This document shows, piece after piece, positions 43,737-51,921 of a DNA stretch of 64,000 nucleotides. The stretch covers positions 32,001 through 96,000 of the IMG/VR virus record IMGVR_UViG_3300033141_003168. The stretch is one strand, 5' to 3'. Position 1 is the first letter of the stretch; each line of letters starts with the position of its first letter. Both the position numbers and the translations under genes were made by a program. This stretch comes from a virus. Under the pieces are notes generated by a model. The model had not been told where the DNA came from, ran no database searches, and saw only the letters and a program-made list of their open reading frames with translations.

Positions 43737-44789
43737 ATGGCGAAAAAAACTAAGAAAATTACAGGTGGCGCAAAGACACCCAAAGTCAAGAAGAAAAAGG
43801 GGCGTCCCGTCATTAAAGGTAATAATAGCCCCAATGGAAAGAAACGTCCCACCCTCGGCGATTTTCGGGATCGGAATTTGAAGGGTGGCAAAACAAAAAT
43901 CAAGAAGATTAAGAAAAAAAAATCACGCTCGTCTTGTGACGCCGTTTCACAAGCGAGTGCTATAGGAGAAAAGGAATCGCGGAAAGAAATTTCTCAGTAT
44001 CTATCTCCACAAGATACTACAGTAGAGATAGAGAATAATATAAGCGTAGAGGAAGCACAGGGAGAAGGAGGAAAGAAGTCACAATTAGGTACACGTAAGT
44101 CCTTAGAGGATGATACTATAAACAAGGAACGTATGAAAACAGGTACACGTGGTTCTTTAGATGATGATACCAAATTTCTCACACGTGAATCCGAAACAGT
44201 TCCACTTGACGAAGGTATGGAACGTATATCCGAAATTTCTTCTCTCCCGTCAACGTCTCCCCCAAGCCCCCCTCCTACTACCTCCTCCCTGCGCCTCCCG
44301 GTACAGACGTTTGGTAAGGGGAGATTCAAAATAACAAATGATGAATTACGCTCCTGCCTGGATCAGGGAATGAAAATCGTAGAGATTGCTACAGCTTATA
44401 ATATGAATCGCCGCTCTCTCACAAAACGTATCAGGAAATTAGAACAGGACAGCTTAGACCAGGTTCTACAGTCTGTCACAGCCGCAGGTGCGCCGGTATT
44501 GAATGTAGCAGAACAAATTTCTTTTCTTAACCGCGCCACGATAGATATTCTCAGGGATTCTAATACAGGAGCTAACACAAAACTTTCAGCAATAAAACGC
44601 GCAGAACAGCAGAATGAATTACAGGTCAGGATGCAGCAGATACTTCTCAACGTACAGGAGACACAGGAATTTCAGCGTGTAATTGTAGAAACCATAAGAG
44701 AACTTGATGTGACTTATCCCGGTCTTCGGGAAGTTTTCGTGAAGAGACTCCGCGTGCTGAAAGAATTAAAGGGTGTCGTAAAAAAATAA
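43737..44789 (+). CDS. HTH protein with long disordered N-terminus; candidate terminase small subunit
   Basis: Lys-rich and Ser/Pro-rich N-terminus, HTH 'GMKIVEIATAYNMNRRSL', helical C-terminus; last large + strand gene before terL. Confidence 0.4.
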   Translation: MAKKTKKITGGAKTPKVKKKKGRPVIKGNNSPNGKKRPTLGDFRDRNLKGGKTKIKKIKKKKSRSSCDAVSQASAIGEKESRKEISQYLSPQDTTVEIENNISVEEAQGEGGKKSQLGTRKSLEDDTINKERMKTGTRGSLDDDTKFLTRESETVPLDEGMERISEISSLPSTSPPSPPPTTSSLRLPVQTFGKGRFKITNDELRSCLDQGMKIVEIATAYNMNRRSLTKRIRKLEQDSLDQVLQSVTAAGAPVLNVAEQISFLNRATIDILRDSNTGANTKLSAIKRAEQQNELQVRMQQILLNVQETQEFQRVIVETIRELDVTYPGLREVFVKRLRVLKELKGVVKK

Positions 44790-44894
44790 ATCAGCTTAAT
44801 TTCTTTTTCCAAAAAACAATTTCCTCGCGTTTATTTTGTACAAATATTAGCTTATTCAAAGGGTGTCATAAGCTTTTTATAAAGGGTGTCATAA
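44768..44894 (+). repeat. direct repeats AAAGGGTGTCRTAA (3 copies; a fourth core at 43664)
   Basis: Copies at 44768, 44858 and 44881; AAAGGGTGTC also at 43664-43673. Confidence 0.75.
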
Positions 44895-45078
44895 AGTCTT
44901 AAAAATGTTTTCTATCCGTCCACCACTCGCCACAGCAGGAAAGTTTTTCATTTTAACTTCTTCTTCCCCAGTGACACACCGTGTTTAACTATTCGTGGTG
45001 GACGGCTTTTTTTATTTTGCATTTTCCACACCCCCCTTTATTTCCTCGTTTTCCTCTCAGCGGATTTTACTCCGCCAT

Positions 45079-45113
45079 ACCGCTCTTTGCATAATCGCAG
45101 GGAGCGGTTTTTT
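45079..45113 (+). terminator. probable intrinsic terminator
   Basis: ACCGCTCTTTGC-ataatc-GCAGGGAGCGGT stem followed by a T run. Confidence 0.65.
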
Positions 45114-45155
45114 CTTCGTTCTTATATTACATCCCCCTATGAAAAACATCTAATT

Positions 45156-45182
45156 TAATTACCCCGGTTCCCGTAGTAATTA
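45156..45182. repeat. 27-bp palindromic element, copy 9
   Basis: TAATTACCCCGG-TTC-CCGTAGTAATTA. Confidence 0.85.
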
Positions 45183-45406
45183 AATATTTTCCCACTACAT
45201 AAACTCCGCTTGAAATTCTCCATACTGGCAAATTCCCATTATTTTTGAAAATCGGCTTTTATTTTATACCCTTGAGCGCCTCTTCACGCGATTTTTAGAC
45301 ATTGCCGCTTGTCTTACTACATCCTGATAAAAGGATCGCTTAGAGCGCAACATACATATACTATAACGTATTTATGCGCAGCGGCGATGTTTATTGTTTT
45401 GTGAAT

Positions 45407-45433
45407 AAATTACAACGGAAACCGTAGTAGTTT
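45407..45433. repeat. 27-bp palindromic element, copy 10
   Basis: AAATTACAACGG-AAA-CCGTAGTAGTTT. Confidence 0.9.
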
Positions 45434-46096
45434 AATTACAGTAAATCCCTCCTGGTATCAATGAAATATTTCCCACAGTATTTGTACACAGCAGCGGGAG
45501 AGATCACGTAAGGGAAAGTCTTTTCTTCCTGCCGCACAGAAGATTTCCCGCTCCGGGGAAAACGCATAAGAAATAATTCGCGTAAGAAAAACTTTCCAGC
45601 GGAATATTCCCCACACCGGACACGTGTATAATGTAAGAGAAAAATGCTCTTAGAGAAAAAATTGTTCAGAGAAAAAACTCTCAGGAGAAATCTTTCCACC
45701 GTGCGCGGGACACAGCAGGGAGAAAAAACTAATCTGGTTTTTCGTTGTAATAAAAAAAGACTTTTCCTTAGCGGGATACCGGAGATAGATCGCGGAAAGA
45801 AATTCTCTCAGAGATCAACATACAAAAGATACTACAGCGGCGGTATAGTGGTAAGATTATTTTCCGCCGCCACTGTGTGTGTGGCGCGGTGCGCAGGGGA
45901 AAATCGCGCGAAATTACTGTGAAAGTTGGTGTGAAAATGTCTGAAATAAAATGCAGTTACGGAGATAAAAAAAGAGCGTGGGGTGTGGGGGATAGCTAAA
46001 TGGGCGTCCGAAATGAAGACCGTTTACAATTTGGGTAAGAAAAATATATATGTAAAAATGGAGTAAAAAATTTTTTGAAAAAATTAACCTGAAAAC

Positions 46097-47056
46097 TTAT
46101 GGAGTGGGAATGACGTTAGCAAATACCCTGCCTCTTCGTATCTCGCTTACCAGCCAGTATTTCAAATTGTATTGTTCTGAGAGTTCTTTTACGATTCCTT
46201 CGTGCCAATCGTTTTTGAGTTTATATTTTATCTTGGCGATTGTTTTTAAACTGGTATTGTGTTTTTCCGCGAGGCGTTTTAATTTTGCTACTTTCTTTTC
46301 AAAAATGCCTTTTTTAATTTTCTTTCTGCGGCGGCTGGAATTAAGTTTAGGAAAATTCAACGGCGCACCGTCTCTATCTGCACATTCGTCGCGCACCAGT
46401 GCTGCGAGTTTTGCCGTGTGATACGATCCCAAATTTTTACCCTTATAAATCGCGATCCATGATGTTCCTTCTCCTGATATACCGACATATTTGTTTTTTG
46501 CTTTTTTGCGTTTTCTTACAGTTCGTTTATCGAGAACAAGTTTTTTGCGAAATTGTTTTTTCTGTTCCGCTGTAAATTCCGGAAAATTTAAACAGGCAAA
46601 CTCGCCATGAAGTTTTCGTGCGGCTTCATCGTAAGCGAAAGCGGCATAATCTGGTTTTGAATAAGAACCAAGATTTTTATTTTTCCCATCGACCGCGATG
46701 ACTGTATGAAAATTTCCGCTACTCATTCTGTGTATTCCTTTGAAATGTCCTTTTCTCCTCGCGGGTTGATTCCATGCGTTTTGTTGTTTTGTGCAGAGGC
46801 GTAAATTTGATCTGCGGTTATCAAACTTATTTCTATTTTTATGATCGGGTATTAAATCGTCAGGCAGTTCGTCTATGTTATTCATTCTAAATAAAATAAT
46901 CTGATGTAAGTAGGTATCTTTTCGTTTTCCGTTTTCCTTACGGTTTCCATGTCTGTAGGCGTAACCCTTGTTACCAACACGCCAGGTGTATTCGGCAAGG
47001 TCGGCGTCTATCTTACTAATAAGGATCGTTTCACCTTTTGCTGTTTTCAATTTCAT
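46097..47056 (-). CDS. HNH endonuclease with AP2 DNA-binding domains
   Basis: 'DHKNRNKFDNRRSNLR' HNH, then two 'LGSY...AA..YD/RD...LNFP' AP2 repeats. Confidence 0.9.
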   Translation of the reverse strand: MKLKTAKGETILISKIDADLAEYTWRVGNKGYAYRHGNRKENGKRKDTYLHQIILFRMNNIDELPDDLIPDHKNRNKFDNRRSNLRLCTKQQNAWNQPARRKGHFKGIHRMSSGNFHTVIAVDGKNKNLGSYSKPDYAAFAYDEAARKLHGEFACLNFPEFTAEQKKQFRKKLVLDKRTVRKRKKAKNKYVGISGEGTSWIAIYKGKNLGSYHTAKLAALVRDECADRDGAPLNFPKLNSSRRRKKIKKGIFEKKVAKLKRLAEKHNTSLKTIAKIKYKLKNDWHEGIVKELSEQYNLKYWLVSEIRRGRVFANVIPTP

Positions 47057-47082
47057 TTTATTTATTCCCTTTCTGTCAACAT

Positions 47083-47111
47083 ATTATAATTTATAATATT
47101 TGAATTGTAAA
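47083..47111 (-). promoter_or_regulatory. sigma70-type promoter for the HNH-AP2 gene
   Basis: Minus strand TTTACA-17 bp-TATAAT. Confidence 0.7.
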
Positions 47112-47131
47112 ATTTTTTTCTTTTGCGTTTT

Positions 47132-47158
47132 TTATTACTACGGAAACCGGAGTAATTT
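47132..47158. repeat. 27-bp palindromic element, copy 11
   Basis: TTATTACTACGG-AAA-CCGGAGTAATTT. Confidence 0.88.
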
Positions 47159-47581
47159 CCGATCTTAAACCATCGTGTCTTGCTGAAAATCTTTGTACGG
47201 GATATGTTTAAAAAACCGTAGGCCATTCCAGTACCGGCACATTTTAAGCAGTTCTTCTTGTGTCCAATTCGGAGAAACATATTCTCTTTATTATCGTTTA
47301 CTTCAATTTCTATTTCGGCCATTATTATCTGCTTCATCTAACTGCTTCTTTCAAATCAGATTTTTATATCGTCCTGCAACGTCTATTGCTACACGATCCG
47401 GCTTCGCAATACGCGAACATACAGCGCATGTACTTAAATCGTCGCTGAGAAGAGTACAGAGTACGTCCAGCGGATAATGTTGCTGTAGAAAGCGTACCTT
47501 GCGAACCGGTGGCGGTAAGAGTCGAATCGTTTTCTTCTTACCGGGTTTGAATTCGAACAATTTCACTTTGATTTTTTCCTT

Positions 47582-48166
47582 TCAAAATAGTTTTTTAATG
47601 CTGTCAGCAACTATTACTATTGCTTCCGCAATATGTTCGGATTTAATAATATCTGAATCGTAAGAACTAAGTGCGAGAACAGTTCTTGCAACAACTTTGA
47701 TATTTTCTACGTGTTGCGGATACAGAGAATAATGTTTTACAGCTTGTTCGAGAAGTTCAAGTGCGGCAGGATCAATCTTACGCGGAACATCGGGCAATCG
47801 TGCTTTTCCTTCTTTGATGCGTTTCTTGATAACTGCAATTGGTTCGGCGAAATTTGTGACTATCTTACTTGCTTCGACCCGCGTCGCCTCGCAGATTATC
47901 GGGTAACGATCTAATTTCTTTTTAATCTTACTGTGTACGTGCATTACTTGAAACGTCGTACATTTACATTCCCTTGTGTAGTCTCCATAATAACCGCAAT
48001 AACAGGGTGCGGTTAAGTAGGTTTGTTTCTTCGTAAGAAATTCCTTTGTATAATTCCTGAGCGTCGGATGAAGTTCGAAAGCGGCGAAGATTAAAATGTT
48101 ATGATCTCCAGTTGCTGCTATTTCAATACACCTCTTTACACTTTCGTTTCCTGGCATTTGTGACAT
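47582..48166 (-). CDS. ComM/YifB (Mg-chelatase-like) homolog lacking the ATPase core
   Basis: 'GNESVKRCIEIAATGDHNILI', 'PCYCGYYGD..ECKC', 'LDR', 'KVART', 'EHIAEA'; no Walker A or B. Start at MSQM after AAGGAG. Confidence 0.75.
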   Translation of the reverse strand: MSQMPGNESVKRCIEIAATGDHNILIFAAFELHPTLRNYTKEFLTKKQTYLTAPCYCGYYGDYTRECKCTTFQVMHVHSKIKKKLDRYPIICEATRVEASKIVTNFAEPIAVIKKRIKEGKARLPDVPRKIDPAALELLEQAVKHYSLYPQHVENIKVVARTVLALSSYDSDIIKSEHIAEAIVIVADSIKKLF

Positions 48167-48194
48167 TGCGTTTTCTCCTTTATTTATTTTCAAT

Positions 48195-48221
48195 AAACTA
48201 ATCCGGTTTCCGTAGTAATAA
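48195..48221. repeat. 27-bp palindromic element, copy 12
   Basis: AAACTAATCCGG-TTT-CCGTAGTAATAA, upstream of the ComM-like gene RBS. Confidence 0.88.
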
Positions 48222-48511
48222 AAATTATTTCCCGAATACTTTTTGTCTGTATTCAACGAGTTCAACCGGATCGGAAATGTGTGTTACAAATCCCGTTGGT
48301 AAATCATTCGACCTTTCACGTAAATCTCCGCGCCTGCGTAAGACCATTTCCTCACCGTTGTCAGTTATCGTCAGCGTAAACGAACCGTCTTTGTTATGTT
48401 TGACGAGTTTGCCTATGACTCGGCGTCCGGTGAAAAAATCTACCTCGACTTCGAACTTGTCTCCGATTGTGTAACTGTAATCATTCATGTGTGTGCTCCC
48501 TTTTTGTTTTA

Positions 48512-48739
48512 TTAAACTTCCGTTTCGATTCCCGTTGCGATGTGTACTGCGGATCGAATATAATCTGAAAGCGAATTAAATCCGAGTTCCTTTGCCTTTC
48601 TCTGCGCGAGACGCTTGTTATACTCTTCGTCCTTATAGAAGATCATAACCGGCTTTTCAAAAATAGATTTGCGACCGGCACCGGCTCGAAAACCGCCCAT
48701 CGTTTTCTTCTGTTTAATCTTCGGCTGCTTTTGATTCAT
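48512..48739 (-). CDS. small DNA-binding protein (ribbon-helix-helix-like)
   Basis: 'GGFRAGAGRK' followed by 'AKELGFNSLSDYIR'. Confidence 0.6.
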   Translation of the reverse strand: MNQKQPKIKQKKTMGGFRAGAGRKSIFEKPVMIFYKDEEYNKRLAQRKAKELGFNSLSDYIRSAVHIATGIETEV

Positions 48740-49419
48740 GAATTCCTCCTTTCATCTTTATATAAATGTCTTTGAAATCTTTGTGTCTTGCTAATTGATT
48801 TTGTTCTGATCGGCCTTTCACCTGCAATGTCTCTAATGTATTGACTAACGAGCCATGCGAGCCACTCCTTACGCTCTGTACCGATACCATGTGCGGCTAC
48901 ATTAGAATTAAAAGGTTCTAATGCGCGTTTAATTTGTTCGGTGTATTTGCGATTTGCGGGATCATGTTTATATTGTTTTCCTGTCATTTTATCATTATCG
49001 GAAAAGTTAATTAAACAAATGTTCGAGGGTTCATGTCTGATTGTGTCGGTTATCGTTTCATAGGTTGCGCAAGTAATATAAACATCGTTTGCAATGTACG
49101 GCCATGTTCGGAGTGAAATTTTGTCGCTGTAACAATATGCTTCGATTTCGGGATTAAATTGACAGTTTAACTCCAAGGCTGCTATGCTGATTGCTTCTTC
49201 TACCGTTGTCGCGTTTTTTAATTCAACGTGTCGGCCTGTAGTAATTCCTTTTTTATTAGTGTGTTCGATTTCAAGAAAATAATAAGGATTATCACTTCCG
49301 TGATAAAAAGTAATTATGATATAATCACCATTCGCCATGTGTCCGCGAAGGGTATGTGATATTCCCTGACGTTGTAACTGAACTTCTTCACGTTCTCTGT
49401 TTTGTTTTGTGCTGTTCAT
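48736..49419 (-). CDS. hypothetical protein
   Basis: 227-aa ORF with GGAG RBS in the minus-strand operon. Confidence 0.55.
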   Translation of the reverse strand: MNSTKQNREREEVQLQRQGISHTLRGHMANGDYIIITFYHGSDNPYYFLEIEHTNKKGITTGRHVELKNATTVEEAISIAALELNCQFNPEIEAYCYSDKISLRTWPYIANDVYITCATYETITDTIRHEPSNICLINFSDNDKMTGKQYKHDPANRKYTEQIKRALEPFNSNVAAHGIGTERKEWLAWLVSQYIRDIAGERPIRTKSISKTQRFQRHLYKDERRNS

Positions 49420-49676
49420 GTTTTTATTCTCTCCCTTTGTAGTTTATATTCCTGCAATAAGCTTTTCTTTCTTAGTGGTTTCGCCGGTAATAAAATCCTT
49501 TTCATATTCAATCGCTTTGTTTTCTTCAACACTTGCGGGAGAAAATAAATAATAGTGAGAATCGGAAGGGAAAGGTTTATCAACGATAGAATAACCATAA
49601 TAACCGCTTACAATGTATTTACTCTTTTTGTTTTCCTTTACGAGTTTTACTACTTTTCTGACAGCTTGATAGATAT

Positions 49677-50129
49677 TCATTTTTTTATTCTCCTTTTTTT
49701 CTTAAACGAAAATCCATTCGTGTTGATATTTTTTCTGAATGACTTTCCGTCTGAAGTTTTGATCGTACACCAATTATCTTTCTGCATAACACAGCAATTT
49801 TCTTCTACGATTTTTGTTGCTTTCGGGCGGCGGCGTGAACCGCCCCATTCAAGATATTTCACGGTACAAATACCGTGATCTATAATTTCGGAGTCAGGAG
49901 ACTTCCATGTTTTCAATTCGGATAAAATTTCCAGCGCATCTTCTATATCGTAATAGTCTGTTGTGTTATACCAACTGGAAGTGTGATGCCACTCACACGG
50001 TTTCAGTAGTTCCTTTATCGCTGCTGTTTTTACTTTCAGTTTCCGTGCCAATGTTGATGCGGGAAAACGTCCTTCATTTTCTGCTGCTACTGCATTGTTT
50101 GATTTTGAGAAATCTACGTAACCTGCCAT
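49677..50129 (-). CDS. hypothetical phage protein
   Basis: AAGGAG RBS; 'SNNAVAA...EWHHTS...TDYY' motif. Confidence 0.6.
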   Translation of the reverse strand: MAGYVDFSKSNNAVAAENEGRFPASTLARKLKVKTAAIKELLKPCEWHHTSSWYNTTDYYDIEDALEILSELKTWKSPDSEIIDHGICTVKYLEWGGSRRRPKATKIVEENCCVMQKDNWCTIKTSDGKSFRKNINTNGFSFKKKRRIKK

Positions 50130-50355
50130 TTTTTTGTTTCTCCTTTTTTTATTTTATGCTTCTACAAAAGGCTCAGTTTGATTTTTTTCTTTGCGTGTCT
50201 GATTCAATTGTTTCTGAAGGCGTTCTATCCGGTTTCGGAGTTGCTTTTCACGATTCATCAAGTTAGTGTATTTCGGGTTTGCGTTGTAGGTTTTTCCTGT
50301 TTCCATTTTCATGTGTTCCTTTCTCCTTTTTGATTTTTTTAACCGCTGATAATTT

Positions 50356-50916
50356 TCAGGCAACTTCATTTTTAACATATTCGTCATAGGCTTTTTTCAG
50401 GCTTTTAAATCTTTTTTTCGAAACCCTGCAAGCCCTCCGGCGTTTTGTGTCAACCTTCGCCCGTTGTTTTTTCTGTGCTTTTTCCGGGTAGGGAAGCCTT
50501 TCTTCTACTAATTTTCTCACGGCATTTCTTTTGGCCCTTGCGGTTTCGAGATTGAAAAAAGATTTTGTCACAACTTCTTTTTTTGCGGCTTTCTCGGTTT
50601 CCAGTTTTTCAACTAAGCCTTCAGCCTCAGTGTACTCATAATTCTCTTTCGTTTTTTCGGCTTCGTTCGGCTCTTCTTCTTTTTCATAAACATAGTCGGG
50701 ATCGTTTTTCATATCTAAAAGATCGGCTATCAGATTCGACGCTTGATTTTTCGTTAGTTTCCACACCTCACACTGGCGATTCGCGTACCAGCTATGGACA
50801 TCGTGGCAGAGATTGAATAACTCTTGTTCCCAATTTTCGCCGTAAACTTCCTTCGCCAGGCTGGTTGCATATTTCACTTGTTTGTCGGTGGCCATATTTT
50901 CTGGATCGTATCTCAT
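50356..50916 (-). CDS. hypothetical protein, first gene of the minus-strand operon
   Basis: 'ATDKQVKY...LTKNQASNLI' motif; RBS and promoter upstream. Confidence 0.6.
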   Translation of the reverse strand: MRYDPENMATDKQVKYATSLAKEVYGENWEQELFNLCHDVHSWYANRQCEVWKLTKNQASNLIADLLDMKNDPDYVYEKEEEPNEAEKTKENYEYTEAEGLVEKLETEKAAKKEVVTKSFFNLETARAKRNAVRKLVEERLPYPEKAQKKQRAKVDTKRRRACRVSKKRFKSLKKAYDEYVKNEVA

Positions 50917-50946
50917 TTTTTTCTCCCTTTTTTATCTTACACTCAT

Positions 50947-50975
50947 ATTATAATGCCTCAACTTGAATTTGTAAA
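50947..50975 (-). promoter_or_regulatory. strong sigma70-type (early) promoter
   Basis: Minus strand TTTACA-17 bp-TATAAT with A/T tracts upstream. Confidence 0.75.
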
Positions 50976-51155
50976 GCGTTTTCAAAAGAAAGTTGGTTTC
51001 AAAAAGGCTTGGAAAACCCTACGTTTTTTAGATTTTGAGAAAAAAATTAAAAATAATTTGTTTAATTTTGCTGTAATTTTGCAACGGAACTGTCATTTTT
51101 TGGAAAAATTCTATTCATATCGGGTGGAGGCGTGAAGCGCGGGCGAAATGGCTTC

Positions 51156-51184
51156 TTGACATAAATGCTAAAATACGCTACTCT
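51156..51184 (+). promoter_or_regulatory. sigma70-type promoter
   Basis: TTGACA-17 bp-TACTCT. Confidence 0.5.
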
Positions 51185-51231
51185 GAAGGTGTGTGTGTTT
51201 GTGTTTAATTAAAAAACCGCTCCTGCCGTTT

Positions 51232-51259
51232 CCGGGCTACTAACTGGTAGCCCGGTTTT
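51232..51259 (+). terminator. hairpin / probable terminator
   Basis: CCGGGCTAC-taactg-GTAGCCCGG followed by TTTT. Confidence 0.6.
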
Positions 51260-51286
51260 CATTTTAAAACAATTTTTTTCAGTCTC

Positions 51287-51315
51287 TTGACATGATGGTA
51301 TCATGGTGGTATCGT
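51287..51315 (+). promoter_or_regulatory. sigma70-type promoter upstream of the head module
   Basis: TTGACA-17 bp-TATCGT with extended TG. Confidence 0.6.
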
Positions 51316-51351
51316 CAATTAAGATAAGAATTAAACTGAAAGGTATTAAGA

Positions 51352-51666
51352 ATGGCAAATACGCAACGCAATTTGGGCGCAATAAAAATAACCGCGAAAT
51401 TTTTAACGGGTATATTAAAAGCGACTGATTGTTTGCCACACGATGCGCAGGCCGTCGAACTCGTTGAACTGAGTGCTGACGAAATCGCCCTAATTGTACA
51501 TCATAAAACATTACCCCATTTACCAGAAGGAGTTAACATTCCTGAAATCGAATTGCGTCCCGGCGAAGGTAAGTTAAAGATAAAAGAAAACCTTCAGGCC
51601 GACGAAAATAGTAATGTGAGGACAACTATAACTAAAGGCAAAAAATATCCTTGGGAAGCAAATTAA
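51352..51666 (+). CDS. hypothetical protein
   Basis: 104-aa ORF downstream of the promoter. Confidence 0.5.
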   Translation: MANTQRNLGAIKITAKFLTGILKATDCLPHDAQAVELVELSADEIALIVHHKTLPHLPEGVNIPEIELRPGEGKLKIKENLQADENSNVRTTITKGKKYPWEAN

Positions 51667-51670
51667 AATT

Positions 51671-51697
51671 TAATTACTACGGGAACCGTTGTAGTTT
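51671..51697. repeat. 27-bp palindromic element, copy 13
   Basis: TAATTACTACGG-GAA-CCGTTGTAGTTT. Confidence 0.88.
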
Positions 51698-51708
51698 ATT
51701 GAGTCAAA

Positions 51709-51921
51709 ATGAGTAAGAGTAAATATCGCAGATTGAACATACAACTTGAACCGGAACTTATCAGTAAGCTTGATGAGGTTGCAAGTGAAATCGGACTTGA
51801 GAGGGCGGCACTGATTCGAGTCGTGTTGTGGTTATTTATAAAAGTAATAACGACGTTTCCGAATTCAAAAGTGAAAAGGGTTTTGCATGACTCTATCGAA
51901 AACACAACAAGCAAAAGATAA
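51709..51921 (+). CDS. ribbon-helix-helix (CopG-like) protein
   Basis: 'RLNIQLEPELISKLDEVASEIGLERAALIR'. Confidence 0.7.
   Translation: MSKSKYRRLNIQLEPELISKLDEVASEIGLERAALIRVVLWLFIKVITTFPNSKVKRVLHDSIENTTSKR

Noticed and set aside
44087-44170. Short tandem duplication (GTRKSLEDDT / GTRGSLDDDT) in the 43737 gene
   Set aside because: Only two degenerate copies in a disordered region; no evidence for a DGR or other mechanism.
45436-45922. ORFs of 87 and 92 aa in the non-coding region
   Set aside because: No RBS or recognisable motifs, and they overlap on opposite strands; probably spurious.
48167-48265. Longer N-terminus of the ComM-like ORF given by the track
   Set aside because: The extension just translates through palindrome copy 12; the AAGGAG RBS and the homology start at 48166.
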